A DNA stretch of 64,000 nucleotides from an uncultured virus (IMG/VR IMGVR_UViG_2061766007_000271). Its lineage: Duplodnaviria > Heunggongvirae > Uroviricota > Caudoviricetes. Each line of letters opens with the position of its first letter. Position 1 is the first letter of the stretch. The notes under the pieces are model-generated. The model searched no databases. It had not been told where the DNA came from and worked only from the letters and a program-made list of their open reading frames with translations. Both the position numbers and the translations under genes were made by a program. This document shows, piece by piece, positions 62,846 to 64,000 of this stretch. The DNA is taken from IMG/VR virus record IMGVR_UViG_2061766007_000271; one strand, 5' to 3'.

Positions 62846-63210
62846 TTCCTGCCCTTTTTGTTATTGCCCTTGCCATGCTTCTGCTTCGGATGCTTCTTGC
62901 ACCATGCAACGTACACGGCAAATGGAGTACCCAAGTCAAGCCGTTCGATTGCCCTCATGTCGTAGGGTGAGTAAGTTGCGCTGAAAATCATGCTGTTTCC
63001 GTACATTGTCGTTCACTCCTTTGAGTTTTGGATTTTTGATTGTTGTACCATAAATATACATCTGTTTTCCATGAATGCAAATCCGCCTGATGATTTTTCT
63101 CCAAGCCATCCAACGTGCAGTACATATTCAATATCATATATGGGTTCGTGGCAAAAAATCAGGCGGTATGGGAATTACTCCCATACCGCCATTTGTGGTT
63201 TCCTTACGCC

Positions 63211-63960
63211 TTACCGATTGACCACCATTTTCGTAAAGTTCTTCTGATGCTCTTTTTTGAGATTCATGAAAAAGACAGGGAAGAAGCCACGCATTTGGTA
63301 GTATTTGCTTTCAGCGTCCTTTATGTCAACGGTGTCCGTACCGATGACCTTGCCGTAGTCATGGATGAAATCATCCATGCTGACGTTGCAGGCGTACTTC
63401 ATGACCTTTTCAAGTATCTTGACGCTTTGGCTGATTTCCTCGTCTTTCTTTTCGTCAATCTTGTCCAACGCCTTGCTCATTCCCGAAAGGAATTCGTTTG
63501 ACGTGTAATTGGCATCCATCTTCTTTTCATCGGTCTTGACCGTTGGATTGCCAATCAACTTGTTGAACTTGACCGCCAACGCCTTGTCGGTGAACTGATG
63601 CAGGACTTCACCTGTTTTGAATTCGACCGCACAAACCGTAGTCTGACCTCTCAGAGCATCGTCAATCAAGTCAAACGAGCAGAACCAAAAGTTCTTTTCA
63701 TCGAACTTGTCAATCACTTCCTGTGCCGAATTGTAAATTGCCATCGCAATCGTTTTCGAGTTTAAAGCGTAGTAATTGTTGGCTTTCACCGTCACGAAAT
63801 CGCCATTCTTGAAGAAAGGCACGTCATTTTTTGCCGTGTAGATGTGAACCGCGTACTTGACCGCTTCATCTTCGTTTGAAAAGCAAATCGCCTTTCCGCT
63901 TTTCTTTTCCGCGACAAAGTAGTATTGACGGAAATCAATCCCATTCTCAATGTCACGCAA
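63211..63960 (-). CDS. hypothetical protein (true start may lie further upstream)
   Basis: Long ORF near the window edge. Confidence 0.65.
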   Translation of the reverse strand: MRDIENGIDFRQYYFVAEKKSGKAICFSNEDEAVKYAVHIYTAKNDVPFFKNGDFVTVKANNYYALNSKTIAMAIYNSAQEVIDKFDEKNFWFCSFDLIDDALRGQTTVCAVEFKTGEVLHQFTDKALAVKFNKLIGNPTVKTDEKKMDANYTSNEFLSGMSKALDKIDEKKDEEISQSVKILEKVMKYACNVSMDDFIHDYGKVIGTDTVDIKDAESKYYQMRGFFPVFFMNLKKEHQKNFTKMVVNR

Positions 63961-64000
63961 GCACTTGAACTTGTACTTGCTTTCATTGTGCTTGTTGATG

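Larger units (their letters stand above)
9391..63080 (-). promoter_or_regulatory. dispersed family of about 40 conserved phage promoters TTGCAW-N16-TATATT (spacer typically ending GGATG)
   Basis: Plus-strand AATATACAYC...(A/T)TGCAA near 9391, 10152, 13453, 18059, 18884, 19427, 20459, 21419, 22218, 22931, 24114, 25206, 25748, 26583, 27120, 27897, 28672, 29331, 30303, 30846, 31852, 32284, 33112, 34684, 35521, 36172, 36421, 38051, 42200, 46986, 48660, 49642, 50106, 52623, 57923, 58648, 59468, 59968, 60875, 61635, 62343, 63052. Nearly all lie just upstream of a minus-strand start codon; the 50106 copy precedes the CRISPR array. Confidence 0.85.

Noticed and set aside
9391..63080. Intergenic repeats as a CRISPR array or classical integron
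   Set aside because: Spacing is gene-sized and irregular; no integron integrase or consistent RYYYAAC/GTTRRRY ends were seen.
1..64000. Alternative genetic code (stop recoding) as in some large phages
   Set aside because: Long ORFs are intact in the standard code, and TAG, TGA and TAA all end genes at sensible positions.

Overview
This 64 kb window looks like a fragment of a large (jumbo-like) bacteriophage genome from a gapped, probably metagenomic, scaffold. It has no rRNA, tRNA or core housekeeping genes, and most genes are short, hypothetical and on the minus strand. From about 9 kb to 63 kb the DNA is built from roughly 40 stereotyped expression modules. Read on the minus strand, a typical module is: intrinsic terminator, palindromic ATATT(C/G)AATAT box, TTGCAW-N16-TATATT promoter, often a 5' stem-loop with a GAARAUGA loop, a C/A-rich leader, then 1-9 genes. 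Recognisable products are a CobS/MoxR-like AAA+ ATPase, a CobT-like VWA protein, an RfaE/HldE domain II nucleotidyltransferase, a Gp37Gp68 radical SAM protein, M28 and M41-like peptidases, two Trp-rich pentapeptide-repeat proteins and a TnpB-only element with 27-bp inverted ends. The window also has a stand-alone type I-C-like Cas3 next to a small CRISPR array with its own phage-type promoter; no other cas genes were recognised here. A roughly 500-nt promoter-to-terminator non-coding unit (36.5-37.06 kb) is a candidate large structured RNA. Several expanded paralog families are present, including a 7-gene tandem array directly upstream of cas3. All calls come from reading motifs by eye; no searches were run.
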